Assembly (NCBI GenBank): GCA_030390025.1
Contig: CM059431.1
Coordinates: 130,884,001-130,948,000 of the forward strand
Length of the DNA: 64,000 nt
Origin: Squalus acanthias
Lineage: Eukaryota
Reading direction: 5' to 3'
Shown: positions 38,401-52,159 of the stretch, piece by piece
How the letters are laid out: every line of letters begins with the position of its first letter
How positions within the stretch are numbered: the first letter of the stretch is position 1
Made by a program: the position numbers and the translations under genes
The notes under the pieces: generated by a model
Told to the model about the DNA's origin: nothing
What the model saw: only the letters and a program-made list of their open reading frames with translations
The model's database searches: none

Positions 38401-40544
38401 AATTCAAACCAACTGACTTAAAATATAATTCAATACATAGAATTTAGACAAGGCTGCTCCTCTTCTGAGCTAAATGAACACGACCACACTTTGGGGGTGG
38501 GGGAGGGGAGCTTCTCACACAATAGACTTTTATTTTCTAATTGGCAGTAAGACTCCCCGCAGAATGTGCCAAGACTTGCTGTTTATAAGCTATGTCCCCT
38601 CATCTCATCCAGAGATTGAAAACTATTGCCAGCACTAAGCCAGGAAGTTATTATTAGCACTGTGAAGGTACCAAATGGTTGTGAACTTGTTTTTTTGTAT
38701 AAAATATCATAAAGCATGAACTTTAGAGCTTTCTGTGAGATTATTTTGACAAGAAAAAATCAATGTTAGTAACCATATTCAAGAGTTGGTTTTATGTGAC
38801 TACAGCAGTCTACATTCACAGATTTATATATTTCTTTCTTTCAGAATTATTTATTTATTTATGGTGTGTGGGAGAACAAATTTCTTTCTTTATCTATCTG
38901 CACTGATAAGGAAAACATGATTCATTTATTTATTTACTTATTTATTTTCTAGGAAACAATCAAAAATTGCTTAATTCAATGCCCCTGAGCAAATCTCACA
39001 TCTTTCAAAATCCTTTCAATGGCTATACTCAGCACACACTCCCCCTTGTAACAACATAACATTTGACTCATCATGAGCCTCACTATAGGAGATCTGCTTG
39101 TGTTAGAGAGAATATGCATTGGTGATCCTTTATTGTGATACCCCTGACTGTATAGATCTCATTCCAACAATTGGCTGAAAGCCAGAACCTCCTGGTTCTA
39201 ATAAATCAAACTACTGTTGGTAAAAGGATCAATGTATAAAACTAGAGTTTGAATGAAGTAATATATAAACAGATGTTGATATGATCACGTGTGCACAGTT
39301 TAACCAGCTGAATGCACAGAGATTAATAAAATAAAACACAATCTGATGAGAAGTTCAGAATGTCTTGGGCTAATTATCCAGGAATATATTATTTTTTAGT
39401 TCTGCTGCTATATAAAATCACTTTTAGAAAAACAAAAATCATATCTAGTTGAAAAAATCTGTAGAAACTTAAAAAAATCATAATAGATTAATAATGGCCA
39501 GTGGAAGTGTAATTTATATTCTCTGGATTCATACAGGAACTCTTGTTGCCATTTCTGTTTATGCTATACGAGTCCAGCACTGTGCCAATTTATGCCTAGA
39601 GTTATGCTAGAGATTGCCTTTCATCTACATAAGCAGACAAATAGCTGATGATGGAATAAGATTAGTAAATTCAGTGAATCCAGCACTCATTCAGACAGAG
39701 CCTGGATCAGAGATAGGACTACAACACTGCTGTGCCAATTCTCCGGCCTGCGCTCCCTTCAAGCAAGGCTCCCTGCTGGGTGTGTGGTGTCGGTGAATTT
39801 ACCATGAAGTGCAGACTTCAGAAGTCCATACAACAAAGAATTACCTCAATTTTGATTGCACAGCAGTTTTACTCAACAAAAATATTGGCTTTATTACTGA
39901 ACACTTGATAGTATAGATTTCAGTAGAAATTATCAAGCTAAAATGTTGTCATATAAAATTACACTTAACAGGGCAATACTTTTACAAGTATGTACCTAAA
40001 TGGATTCATTGTTCAAGAAAAATTAATTCCGTAATAATGGACTGGGAAAGGTATAACATCTTGTATAAAAAGAGGTGTACTGATCCCTAACTGTACAAAC
40101 CTTCAAGGAACACTGGGATGCAGTGTGCTTGTCAATTCCTGCAACAGTGCTGAGGCAGCCATTTCTGGACAGATCACAACAATCCGTTTCAGTGTTTTAT
40201 GCAGTTCCCAACATGACCAGCAACAATGGAAGGGAATATTTTAGGCACTTCAACTGTCACAATGAATCTTGGTAAAAGTGTAGCCAGGAGTCTTGCAGGT
40301 GTTAATACACTAATAGCAGACAGATCGGTCAGTAACTGGAAACCACTTGAGACTGTGCTACATTAGACTGAGTGAAAATTACTATGCCAGCATTATCAAT
40401 TTAAGCCCAGTACGGCACAACATGAACCAGCCGGCTGAGAACTTTAACATGCCTGTTAAACAGGCAACTATTTACGTAATCCCCATTAGTTTTCACATTT
40501 TCAGCCATAGAAGTAGGACAATTATTTTACTGCCCTCCTTTTCA

Positions 40545-40910
40545 TAGAATCATATCATAGAAACATAGAATAGTACAGCACAAAAGGAGGCCATTCGGCC
40601 CATCGAGTCTGTGGCGGCTCTTTCGAAGAGCAATCCAGTTAGTCCCAGTCCCCCGCTCTTTCCCTGTATCCTTGCAATTTTTTCTCCTCTAAGTATTTAT
40701 CCAACTCCCTTTTGAACGCTACTATTGAATCTGTATCCCCCACACTATCAGGCAGTGCATTCCAAATCCTAACTGCTCATTGCGTAAAAAAGTTTTCCCT
40801 CATGTCGCCTCTGGTTCTTTTGCCAGTCACCTTAAATCTGTGGCCCCTCATAATCAAACCTTCAGCCATTGGAAACAGTTTCTCTTTATTTACTCTATCT
40901 AAACCCTTCT
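40545..40910 (-). mobile_element. CR1 3' end
   Basis: Tail CATAGAAACATAGAA and 3' UTR like that at 22507. Confidence 0.85.
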
Positions 40911-41299
40911 TCCATTTTAAAAATAAATAAATATTAGTAAGCTGATATAGGTAGGATTTTGATATTTTATGATTATTTGATAAAATATCAGAAATCCAAT
41001 CTATTCTTCATTGTTTGAAAATACTTGCACTGAAATTGCTGTAGATTTTAAAAGCTCCAAGATTTTGATTATATATTCCATTCTGTTAATATAATCAATA
41101 CATTTAATAGTAACTTATAACTAGAATAAAGTATCTTTTAAAGTGAAGGAACTTTGTCATATAAATAAAGAGACGCATATGTGTTCTACTGGAAAAGTAA
41201 GAACATACGAAAATGACGTACTGGTCCATCCAGCTTGTCCCAAACAGTTGTGATGTCTTGTGCATCACAATACATAAAGAAAGACTTGCATTTTTATGT

Positions 41300-42805
41300 A
41301 AAATAACAACAGAAAACGCTGGAAAAACTCAGCAGGCCAGGCAGCATCCGTGGAGAGAGAAACAGAGTTAATGTTTCAGGTCGAAGACCTTTCGTCAGAA
41401 CTGGAAAAAAGCAGGAAATGAAATAGATTTAAAGCAAGTATAATGCTGGGAAAAGGGGGAGGGGATGAAAGAACAAAAGGCAAGGTTAGTGGTGGGATAG
41501 AAAGCAGGAGAGATTAAGAGACATAGGGGGGAAAATTTAGTTGGTTGCGCCTCCCGTTAGCGCCTTAAGAGGCGCTAATGGGGCACAAAGCATCTAGCGC
41601 CCGGGCGCAGCGATGTTTGCGCCGCTCGCGAAATTAACTAGACATTTTGCGGTGGCGCTAAACACTACCGCCACGATCCCCTGCGCCGGCAGATCGTGAC
41701 GTCAGTCGAGTGCGCAATGCCCCGGTATCGCCCCGGAGCGGATATTGAGTGGCGCCCCCTGCCTTACTGCCTGCCGCTAGCAACGACAGGTTGAGGGGAG
41801 CGTTTTGCAGTCAGGAAGGGACTGGGGGAGCGCTATTTAAAGGCGACCGCTTCCTGCCTTTTATTGTTGGTGACATTTTTGAACCACGCATTCTGAGAGA
41901 GAGAGAGAGAGACTTCTGGAGAGATTCAACGCTGTGTGAAGGAGTTTTGGGTACTGAGCAGCACTTTGCAGGTTCATTTTAATTTGCCCTTCCTTGTATC
42001 GATTTAGAAGAGAGTGTGGGGGCTGCACTCTGAGCTCATTCCCTGGTACTCTCCATTGTTCTTTCCAGCAGATTTGATGTGCAGGTCTCTCCAGGCCGAG
42101 ATTCAAGGCTGCAATGAGCAGGATGTGGATGGAAAGCAAGATCAACCCTTCCCTTTAAGAACTGGCTGGGGCCATTGTGTCTGTGTTCCATTTCTGACTG
42201 ACATCACATGAGCTTCGCCAGCGCTCTGAGTTAGCGCCTCGCTCCTCGGCCTTTGCGCCTTAAGACAGTTGTGAAGCGCCTAATTTAGCGCTCTAATCAC
42301 CTCCAGGGGCGATAAAAGTCAAGTTTGCAGTCGGTGGCGATAATTAGCGCCAGGCGCTAATCTTTGTGCCCAGCCGATAATTGCGCCCCAAATGGGGCGA
42401 TACTGAATTTCTCCCCCATAAAGAGATAATCAAGGCAAGAGGAGGTGTTAATGTGACAGGTTGAGGCTAGATGAAGTGTGAACTGGGCAGGCAGAATGAA
42501 GGACAGCTGCCAGCTTCTGGGAGGGGAAAAAAAAGCCAAACAAAAGAGTGGATGAAAAAATAAAATTAAAAAATATATACATGTGATAGGGGCCAAGGTT
42601 ATGATCTGAAATTGTTGAACTCGATGTTGAGTCCAGAGGGCTATAGGGTGGCTAAATGAAAGATGAGGTGCTGTTCCTCGAGCTTACGCTGAGCTTCCGT
42701 GGAACAATGTAAGAGGCCGAGGACGGTGAGGTCAGAGTGGGAGTGGAGTGGAGAATTAAAGTGACAGGCCACCGGGAGCTCGGGGTCCCCCTTACGGACT
42801 AATTC
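41300..42805 (-). mobile_element. Penelope-like element 3' part, hosting MITE copy 2
   Basis: PLE terminal motif with a hammerhead core at 41398-41374; flanked by the direct repeat GCATTTTTATGT. Confidence 0.75.
41526..42417 (-). mobile_element. ~890 bp Harbinger-type MITE, copy 2
   Basis: TIRs and 3 bp TSD ATA/ATA. Confidence 0.92.
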
Positions 42806-43019
42806 GCATTTTTATGTTGTGCCTTTCACAACATCAGGATGTCGCAAAGTGCTTTACAGCCAATTAAGTACTTTCGTAATGTAGGAAATACAGTTAGGGT
42901 CTGGGGCTGGGCCAGCAGTTAGGGGCTGGGGCCAATGAAGTACTTTTGTAATGTACGAAATGTGGCAGTTTATGCACAGCATGGACACACAAACAGCAAT
43001 GTAACAATGCCCAGATAAT

Positions 43020-43912
43020 GGGGGAGAAATTCAGTATCGCCCCATTTGGGGCGCAATTATCGGCTGGGCACAAAAATTAGCGCCTGGCGCTAATTATCGC
43101 CACCGACTGCAAACTTGACTTTTATCGCCCCTGGAGGTGATTAGAGCGCTAAATTAGGCGCTTCACAACTGTCTTAAGGCGCAAAGGCCGAGGAGCGAGG
43201 CGCTAACTCAGAGCGCTGGCGAAGCTCATGTGATGTCAGTCAGAAATGGAACACAGACACAATGGCCCCAGCCAGTTCTTAAAGGGAAGGGTTGATCTTG
43301 CTTTCCATCCACATCCTGCTCATTGCAGCCTTGAATCTCGGCCTGGAGAGACCTGCACATCAAATGTGCTGGAAAGAACAATGGAGAGTACCAGGCAAAG
43401 AGCTCAGAGTGCAGCCCCCACAGTCTCTGCTAAATCGATACAAGGAATGGCAAATCAAAATGAACCTGCAAAGTGCTGCTCAGTACCCAAAACTCCTTCA
43501 CACAACGTTGAATCTCTCCAGAAGTCTCTCCCTCTCTCTCTCAGAATGCGTAGTTCAAAAATGGCACCAACAATAAAAGGCAGGAAGCGGTCACCTTTAA
43601 ATAGCGCTCCCCCTTTCCCTTCATGACTGCAGAACGCTCCCCTCAACCTGTCGTTGCTAGCGTCAGGCGGTAAGGCAGGGGGCGCCACTCAATATCTGCT
43701 CCGGGGCGATACTGGAGCGTTGCGCACTCGAGTGACGTCATGATCTGCCGGCGCAGGATATTGTGGCGGTAGTGTTTAGCACCGCCGCAAAATGTCTAGT
43801 TAATTTCGCGAGCGGCGCAAACTTCGCCGCGCCTGGGCGCTAGATGCTTTGCGCCCCATTAGCGCCCTCTTAAGGCGCTAACGGGAGGCGCAACCAACTG
43901 AATTTTTCCCCC
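43020..43912 (+). mobile_element. ~890 bp Harbinger-type MITE, copy 3
   Basis: TIRs and 3 bp TSD AAT/AAT. Confidence 0.92.
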
Positions 43913-44214
43913 AATGTGTTTTAGTGATGTTGGTTGAGGGAGAAATATTGGTCAGGACACCGAGAGAACGCCCCTGCTCTTCTTCGAAATAGTGCCATGT
44001 GATCTTTTACGTCGACCTGAGAGAGCAGACGGGGCCTCGGTTTAACGTCTCAACTGAAAGATGGCACCTCTGACAGTGCAGCACTCCCTCAGTACTGCAC
44101 TGGAGTGTCAGCCTAGATTATATGCTCAAGTAGGACTTGAACCCACAACCTTCTGACTCAGAGACGAGGGTGCTACCAACTAAGCCATAGCTAACACGTC
44201 TGTTTCACAGGTGT

Positions 44215-45550
44215 GCCATCCTCTGGGAAAAGAAGAATCACCTGACATCTAACCTAGTTCTGATCTTACATAACTTATAAATGTGACCCCTGGTCCTCCC
44301 TAACCTATCCAGTTGAAATAATTGATCTACATAAATACAATCTAGTCCCTTCATTATTTTATAAACTTCAATCAAATTGCCCCTAAGTCAACACTTCTCT
44401 AAAGTAGAGAGTCCCAACGAGAGGTCTCGTTGAGCTTATCTGGGCAACTAAGGTGTTTTAAACTGGGAATTTAACTTCTGGCCCTCCTCTGCACCCTTTC
44501 CAAAGCCTCAATATCCTCCACCATGTGAGGAGACCAAAACTGGACCTAGTATTCTAACAGAGGTCTAACCAAGGTCTGGTACAAGGACAAAACGGTATGC
44601 TTTGTTTTGTAGTGAATTGTCCTGTAAATACACCCTAGCACCCTATTCGCTTTAGCTGTAACTTCACCGCATTGGTCATAATCCTTTAGAGATCTGTGCA
44701 CTAGAACAAGCAGATCTCTTTCTTTCACCACTTCCTTTAATTCTTTTCCCCGTAGGGTGTATGTATGTTTAGCATTTGACGAGCCCACATGCACACATGA
44801 AAGACATTACACTTTTTTAAGTTTAACATAATTTGCCAAACATGGGCCAAATCCCTCAGCACATCGAGATCTGCTTATCATAATCCAGCAACCTCTACAC
44901 TCCTACCTCTTGTGCATACCTTGGTATCATCTGCAAACTTGAGGATCTAGATCATTAATGAAAATAGTAAATAGCTAAGGTGCTAACACCAATCGCCAGG
45001 GAGCACCACTGATAATTGATCTCCAAGCATATCCAAATCCATTGACAACTACTTTCTGCCTACTGCAGCAGATTACCACTAATTCAACAAGATTCTCTCT
45101 TATATGAAGCTTCTTATGCGACACCTCTTCAGAAGCTTTCTGAAAGTCGGGGTAGACCATGTAAACTGGGGTACCCTCATCCACTAACCTGGTGACTTCT
45201 TCAAAAAATTTAATAATAATATTGACATTCTTTTCTGGATCCCATATTGGGTGTCCCTGATATGGCCTTCATTGTCTTGGTGGTAACATTGTACACCTCT
45301 AATGATTCCGTCAAGCATCTTACCTATTACTGACATCAAGCTAATGGGCCTATACTTACCTGCCTTATCCCCCTTTATTAAAAATTGGAACTATGTTAGC
45401 CTCTTTCCAGTCTAAAGGACCAATACTCAACTCCAGCGAGCTATTCAATATACAGGCAAGGGGCTCGCACAGCACCTGTCCCATCTTCTTAAGGACTTTC
45501 AGGTGGGTATCACCTTAGATCTATTCTAAGGTTCCTTATTCTTTTTAAAA
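44215..45550 (-). mobile_element. Old CR1-like LINE fragment
   Basis: VYMVYPDFQKA, KANRVLGCIYR...LYQTLVRPLLEY. Confidence 0.8.
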
Positions 45551-46719
45551 CAATATTCTCATCTATTTTAATATTAACAATTTTATTATTAACAACACCA
45601 TTTAATGCTAAAGTAACAAATGATTATCCTTTTCCTCTCGGTGAGTTCTTTACCTTGGTTTAGCAGTCAGAAGCCTGTGGGGCGTGAAGGAAGGTCCTTC
45701 CTCAAAGAGGGCGGGAAGGGTGAAAATCAGAGGCTGAGTTAACTCAGGTATTCTCATTTACTGCACAGTGATTGGTAATAGAACAGCACTAGCAGAAGCC
45801 TTGGAACAAGATTGTCTCATGCCTTCCTAGGTGAAAAATATTGCATGGCATAGGATAACTAAAGGATTGGAGGGAAGAGAAAGACAAGTGGTCCTTTATA
45901 ATTTTCCAGTAGAATATTAGTGATTAATAGCTTTAATTTACAAGTTACTTACAATGATATTAGATTTAAATGAACAGTTTGTGTACACGATTATGACACC
46001 AAGATGATTTGTTTTTGCATTTTACTTTAGTTCAGTTATCCAAAATGATGATTGATAAATGACTACCAGTAAGATTGGGATTCATACTGTGTACCAAGCA
46101 CAAACTTCAGTTTTGTATTTTGTTCATGTCAATACAGCAAATGAAATCAAAGTGGAGATGAAGTGCTTCAGCACTGTAACCATGACGTCCCTTTAATCTT
46201 TAAACCAGCTTAAATCAGTACAAAGATTTGAAACAAAATGCCTCGAGAACAACAAGCCCTATGTTAAAGCTCTCAGTTAGGATGTGGGAACCAGCCTCAG
46301 TTTGGAGTTTTAGGTAACCTGAAGGTAAAATTAACCCATTAAGCTTGATCTGAGATCACAACTGATGAAATTTTGGAGCCAAAATCTATCGTACAGCTGA
46401 GAATCTGGCTCAGTTTTGCCAGATGTGGTTTAATATTTCTTGACAAGCACATTTCAACTGACCCAATAGAGAATCAGCTTTGGGCCAACCCAGTTGAATT
46501 GGTTTCTGGTAGGTTAAAGTTAGTATTGCAGAATGGCATTCCGTGCTTTGTCATTCAGTGCAACAAATGAAAACAAACAAAGATATGGCTTAAGACTTGA
46601 GGATAAGCAAAATACAATTTGAAAACAAAGTGATATGAACAATTATATTCAAATATAATATTATGCAGCCATAACTGAGACTTATAGTAAGATACTGAAA
46701 TACACCAAAAGTGACTGGC

Positions 46720-46932
46720 ACATAGAATCACAGGAGGCCATTCAGCCCATCGAGTCTGCACCAGCTCTTTCGAAGAGCAATCCAGTTACTCCACTTCCCA
46801 GGTCTTTCCCCATATACAGTACCTGTAATTTTTTCTCCTTCAAATATTTATCCAATTCCCTTTTGAAGGCTACTATTGAACCTGTATCCACCACCCTATC
46901 AGGCAGTGCATTCCAAATCCTAACCACTCATT
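46720..46932 (-). mobile_element. CR1 3' end
   Basis: VRIWNALPDRVV...FKRELDKYL. Confidence 0.85.
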
Positions 46933-47984
46933 ACAACTTCAAATGTATGTGATGGCAAACCAGCCTCTTGGAGAAGAGCAGGAGTAAATAAAGTGAGCGG
47001 GTGTCATGTTGTACCCATGTTTGATCTGTGTTGGAATGCCTGCTGGGCTACCAGAACATAGTACATCCAGTCTAGTTCCTTGTTACCTCTTGAAGTGACA
47101 CCTTCACTTCGTGACATACATAATGGTGTCAGTAGATCAATTGTAAAATGGAATATACACCCTTCTAGTAAGCTCCTCAGAATAGCTATGATATGTAGCT
47201 TTTTGTGATGTAATTATACTGTATACACAAATGCATGGACACTTGTGTGCGCGATTGCACACACCCATGTACACACACACACAACCAGTATTACTTTGGA
47301 AAGGCTAGGCGAGTTAGAAGAGTTCTCTATCAGAGTGTTGGACCTGTTCAGAAGGCACTAGTCTGAATACTAGCCTTGACTAACATTTATACCACCGAAA
47401 TTTCAGAGGCCATCTTTCACAAGTTCTGCTGAGCCCACTAGATGGAGCATTTTACAACATTCTTGTCTTTGGTGAACAAAAGAACACACCTGCTATTGAC
47501 AAATTATGAAGTGGTATTAGTGGGGATGATTGGAAACTGAGCTGATGGTGCTTATTTTGTGGAATAAAAAGCATATGCAAGTTGATATCCTCATCCAATT
47601 TACAAAATGAATTCCAAAGGCATTTGGATAATTGAAGGAGTTTCTCAGGCTAATGCGTAAGGGAAATAAGTTCATTTTGGTGAAGTTGCAACCAATGTTC
47701 CCACTGAGCTGCGCGGCCGTGCAGTGGTCTGAAGATCCCGCACAGGCCACTCACCGGCTTTACAATGGAAATAACCGTGCATGCGCGAAAAATTGAATGG
47801 CCGCGCAGCCAGTTAAAGGGCCCGAGCACCAACAAAAAAATTACAGGGAACATTGGATGCAACATCTAACTTTAGGGAGCTTCAACATCAATATGCTGAA
47901 GTGCTTTGAGTTATATGGTATGCAATATGGAGCACTAAGAATAATCCTATATATTAAGATTATTCTTTCTGAAGTGATAGACAT

Positions 47985-48477
47985 TGGTGTAGATCTGGAC
48001 TTTGGGGCGGACGACCGGCGGAGCACACCAGCCGCGAAATTGAAGTCCGGCGTCATTTGAATTTGACAGGCGACCTGCAGGCGCCAAACAGGCCTCCTGA
48101 TCCAGCTCACCGACCTCTGCCTCAGAATGTCAGCCGGCAGAGATCGTCAGAAGTGGAGGGGAGGCAACGGCCCTCAGTATTTTTCTGGAGCCAGGAGAAG
48201 CACTTTTCTGGCCGTTTCCTGATCAGAACGCTAGTGCATGTAGGCGAAGCGTGTTCATCACATGCTCTGCCTACAGTCTGATCCTAACTATGCATTAGTG
48301 TCCCGATTTGCATGGGAAAGAGGCCTACCACTTGTTTTAGGTGGGCACGTCGGCCGCTCAGTGGTAGGCCCCTGTGTAAGTCGCAGCGGGCCAATCATCA
48401 GGGTTAAGGACACCGACCCCTTTTTTAGGCTTTTTACCATCCTGTTAATGCCAATTTTCCCAAGTGAAAATCAGCCC
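47985..48477. mobile_element. Probable MITE remnant (GC-rich)
   Basis: CpG-rich island ending GAAAATCAGCCCC, similar to the termini of other MITEs in this window. Confidence 0.4.
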
Positions 48478-48869
48478 CAATTGACTCTTTTATGGCATAA
48501 TGGTGATGCAATCTCCTTCACTATAACTCTTTCAAGCCAGCACCTCAATAATGTTGCCAGGTCATTACTTAACCAAAAATATTCAAGAAAAAATTGACCA
48601 AAACAACAACAACATCTATTTATATATGGTATCACCTTTAATGTAGAAAAATGTCCCAAGGTGAGCCAAAGATAAAACATATAAAGTGTTTATATTGATT
48701 ATAATTCTTTACTATAATTAGATTTTTTTTAAAGATTCTATCGGTTAAACTCCATTATCGACAATAAGAGTTATTCTCTTGGGTAACAAACCAGCTACAT
48801 CAGTAAGTACTAAACTCTATTTTGAATCCATGTTTTGATGTTTGTTCTAGCTGGATAACCATCTGTGGA

Positions 48870-50312
48870 TGAACTCCCTAGATTCTAGAATGTTCCCAGC
48901 AGATTGGAAGGTAGAAAATGTAAACACGCTGTTCAAGAAAGGAGGGAGAGAGAAAACAGGGAACTACAGGCCAGTTAGCCTGACATCAGTCATCGGGAAA
49001 ATGCTGGAATCCATTGTTAAGGAAGTGGTAAGAGGGCACTTAGAAAATCATAGTATGATTAGGCAGAGTCAGCATGGTTTTATGAAAGGGAAATTATGTT
49101 TAACAAATTTTAGAGTTTTTTGAGGATGTAACTAGCAGGGTAGATAAAGGGGAAACAGTGGATGTAGTATATTTGGATTTCCAAAAGGCATTCAATAAGG
49201 CGCCACATAAAAGGTTGTTACGCAAGATAAGGGCACATGGGGTTGGGGGTAATATATTAGCATGGATAGAGGATTAGTTAATGGACAGAAAACAGATAGT
49301 AGGGATAAATGGGTCATTTTCAGATTGGCAGGCTATAACTAATGGGATGCTGCAAGGATCAGTGCTTGGTCCTCAGCTATTTACAATCTATATTAATGAC
49401 TTAGATGAAGGGACCGAGTGCAATGTATCCAAGTTTGCTGACGATACAAAGCTAGGTGGGAAAGTAAGCTGTGAGGAGGACATAAAGAGCCTGCAAAGGG
49501 ATAAGTGAGTGGGCAATAAGGTGGCAGATGTGGGGAAATGTGAGGTTATTCACTTTGGTAGGAAGAATAGAAAAACAGAATATTTTTTAAATGGTGAGAA
49601 ACTATTAAATGTTGGTGTTCAAAGAGATTTAGGTGTCCTCATACAGGAAACACAAAAAGTTAGCATGCAGGTACAGCAAGCAATTAGGAAGGCAAATGGC
49701 ATGTTGGCCTTTATTCCAAGGGGGTTGGAGTGCAAGAGTAAGGAAGTCTTATTACAATTGTATAGGGCTTTGGTGAGACCACACTTGGAGTACTGTGCAC
49801 AGTTTTGGTCTCCTTATCTGAGGAAGGACATACTTGCCTTAGAGGCATTGCAACGAAGGTTCACTAGATTGATCCCTGGGATGAGAGAGTTGTCCTATGA
49901 GGAGAGATTGAGTAGATTGCGCCTATACTCTCTGTAGTTTAGAAGAATGAGAGGTGATCTCATTGAAACATATAAGATTCTGAGGGGGATTGACAGGGTA
50001 GATGCTGAGAGGTTGTTTCTCCTGGCTGGAGAGTCTAGAACTAGGGGTCATAGTCTCAGAATAAGGGTCAGCCATTTAACACTGAGATGAGGAGGAATTT
50101 TTTCACTCAGAGGGTTGTGCATCTTTGGAATTCTCTACCCCAGAGGGCTGTGGATGCTGAGTCATTGAGTATATTCAAGGCTGAGATAGATAGATTTTTG
50201 GACTCTAGGGGAATCAAGGGATTCGGGGATCGGACGGGAAAGTGGAGTTGAGATCGAAGAGCAGCAGGCTCGAAGGTCCATATGGTCTACTCCTGCTCCT
50301 AATTCTTATGTT
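48870..50312 (+). mobile_element. CR1 LINE (RT through 3' UTR), degenerate
   Basis: NYRPVSLTSVIGKMLE, QGSVLGPQLFTIYINDL, FADDTKLGG, LVRPHLEYC. Confidence 0.95.
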
Positions 50313-50959
50313 CACCGATCCTCAGCTGGATAGCTACCAGAAGCACTTTGTGGCATTGGAACACTATCTTTGGAGATAGGAAGAAGAAAAATCGAACAGA
50401 CTAGTTTTTTCCCACAGGACGGACTCACTTCTTTTTGGCATTTGTTAAGCCAGGTTTCTTGCTTGGATTTTCCTGAGATTATCGGTAAAATGACTTCCAC
50501 TCACCCATGTAATCCTACTATTCTACTATTCCACCATGTCTCAATTTCTGTAATGTTTGAGTGTTCAGTCACCAAGGCAAGTTGGGAAATTGAAAAAATA
50601 ACCATGTAAGTTGCCAGATTGTCACAAAAACCCAACTGGTTCACTAATGTCCTTCAGGGAAGGGAATCTGTTCCCCTTACCTGGTCTGGCTTACATGTGA
50701 CTCCAGTCCCGCACTATGTGGTGGACTCTTAATGCCCTTCGGACAACTAGGGATGAGCGATACGTACTGCATTGTGAGTGTCACCCACATCCCAAGAACA
50801 ATTTTTTTTTAAACGTGACTTCAGAATTCTAATAGTTTGTTCCACAATAATCTTGGTGGTGCCTAAGGACTCGTTGAATTTGTTTTTGGTACACCTGGTC
50901 TCCTATCATCTACCCTGTCACATTGGTCTGCCTGAGCAGTGCAGATATCCTGGATTGCT

Positions 50960-51162
50960 GAAAATAAGCAAATCATAGGTACTCCCTGGGTCGCATGCAT
51001 TGGCATTCATGATGAGGTAGCTAGCATGACTCCCTATCTGGACTTTTCATTGAATGAAATCCCTTCCTGGTGATGAAGTTGATTGGGATTTCAAAAAGGG
51101 CCTTTATAGCCGTATGGGTGGCATCAATGGCAACCTGCACTTCAGGGACTCCAGCCACTCCA
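50960..51162 (-). pseudogene. Harbinger (HARBI1-like) transposase fragment
   Basis: GVPEVQVAIDATHTAIKA...FITRKGFHSM, a degenerate GAIDxTHI...NRKGFHS motif. Confidence 0.75.
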
Positions 51163-51163
51163 T

Positions 51164-51307
51164 TTCTCCATCTCTCTCTCCATCTCTCCCTCTCTCCATC
51201 TCTCACTCGCCATCTCTCATCTCTCTCTCCATCTCTATCTCTCGCCATCTCTCTCTCTCCATCTCTATCTCTCTCCATCTCTCTCTCTCCATCTCTATCT
51301 CTCTCCA

Positions 51308-51354
<47 letters not shown>

Positions 51355-51377
51355 TCTCTCTCTCTCCCCATCTCTCT
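51164..51377. repeat. CT-rich microsatellite
   Basis: (CT)n with CCAT interruptions. Confidence 0.95.
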
Positions 51378-51379
51378 TG

Positions 51380-51602
51380 TTAGGGTTGTGAATCTTTAGA
51401 ATTCTCTACCCCAGAGGGCTCAGTCGTTGATTATATTCAAGACAGACATCAATAGCTTTTTGGATACTAAGGGAACCAAGCGATATAGGGAAAGTGCAGG
51501 GAGGTGGAGTTGAGGTAGAAGATCAGCCATAATCTTATTGAATGGCGGAGCAGGCTCAAAGGGCCAAATGGCCGACTCCTGCTCCTATTTCTTATGTTCT
51601 AT
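51380..51602 (+). mobile_element. CR1 3' end
   Basis: 3' UTR ending CTTATGTTCT. Confidence 0.85.
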
Positions 51603-52159
51603 ATCTATATATCTTTATCTCTATCCATATCTCTTTATCTCTCTATCTATCTATCTCTCTGGCCGTGAAATTTATCCTTGTAGCGCCAGTAGTTTTGGCC
51701 GTTTTTTTTAAAAGTGGTGTCCAACTCGCTTCCACCCACTTCCGGTGTGGCCTGCACAATTCACCACCTTGGTGAGGGCGATAGCGCGGGCGGTACGTGC
51801 GTGCGCCGGCAGTATGCAGAGTAGGCAGATCGTGACGTTATTCAGCGTGTAACGCTGATTTAATGCACGACCTGACATTTTCAACGTCGCCATTCCATTT
51901 AATGCCCTCTCCTAAACACGCACAGCTGACCGCCCCCCCCCCCGCCCCCCCACCCCCCACCCAGCTCTACTTAAAGGGATACACCTAACTTACAGGTAAG
52001 TTGATTATTCCTTTTGTACTGGCTCTCGCAGCGTTTGTAGGAGTACTGGGTTGCTGTAAGAGATTTAAAAAGTTGTTAAAATGTGCAGAGAGTGCTGCTG
52101 GACGTCGGGAAGGCGTTAACTGCTACTGGAATGCCTGAGTACACCACTTGCTCCCAGTC

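Larger units (their letters stand above)
41275..44177 (-). mobile_element. DeuSINE fragmented by a Penelope insertion and a MITE
   Basis: Tail at 41275-41299, resumes ~42806-43019, and Deu domain plus tRNA-like head at 43913-44177. Confidence 0.8.

Noticed and set aside
27326..43688. Recurrent ORFs (MEHTHNG.../MEHRHNG..., MAPPALPP...) in three places
   Set aside because: They recur only because the same MITE is present three times; no protein motifs.
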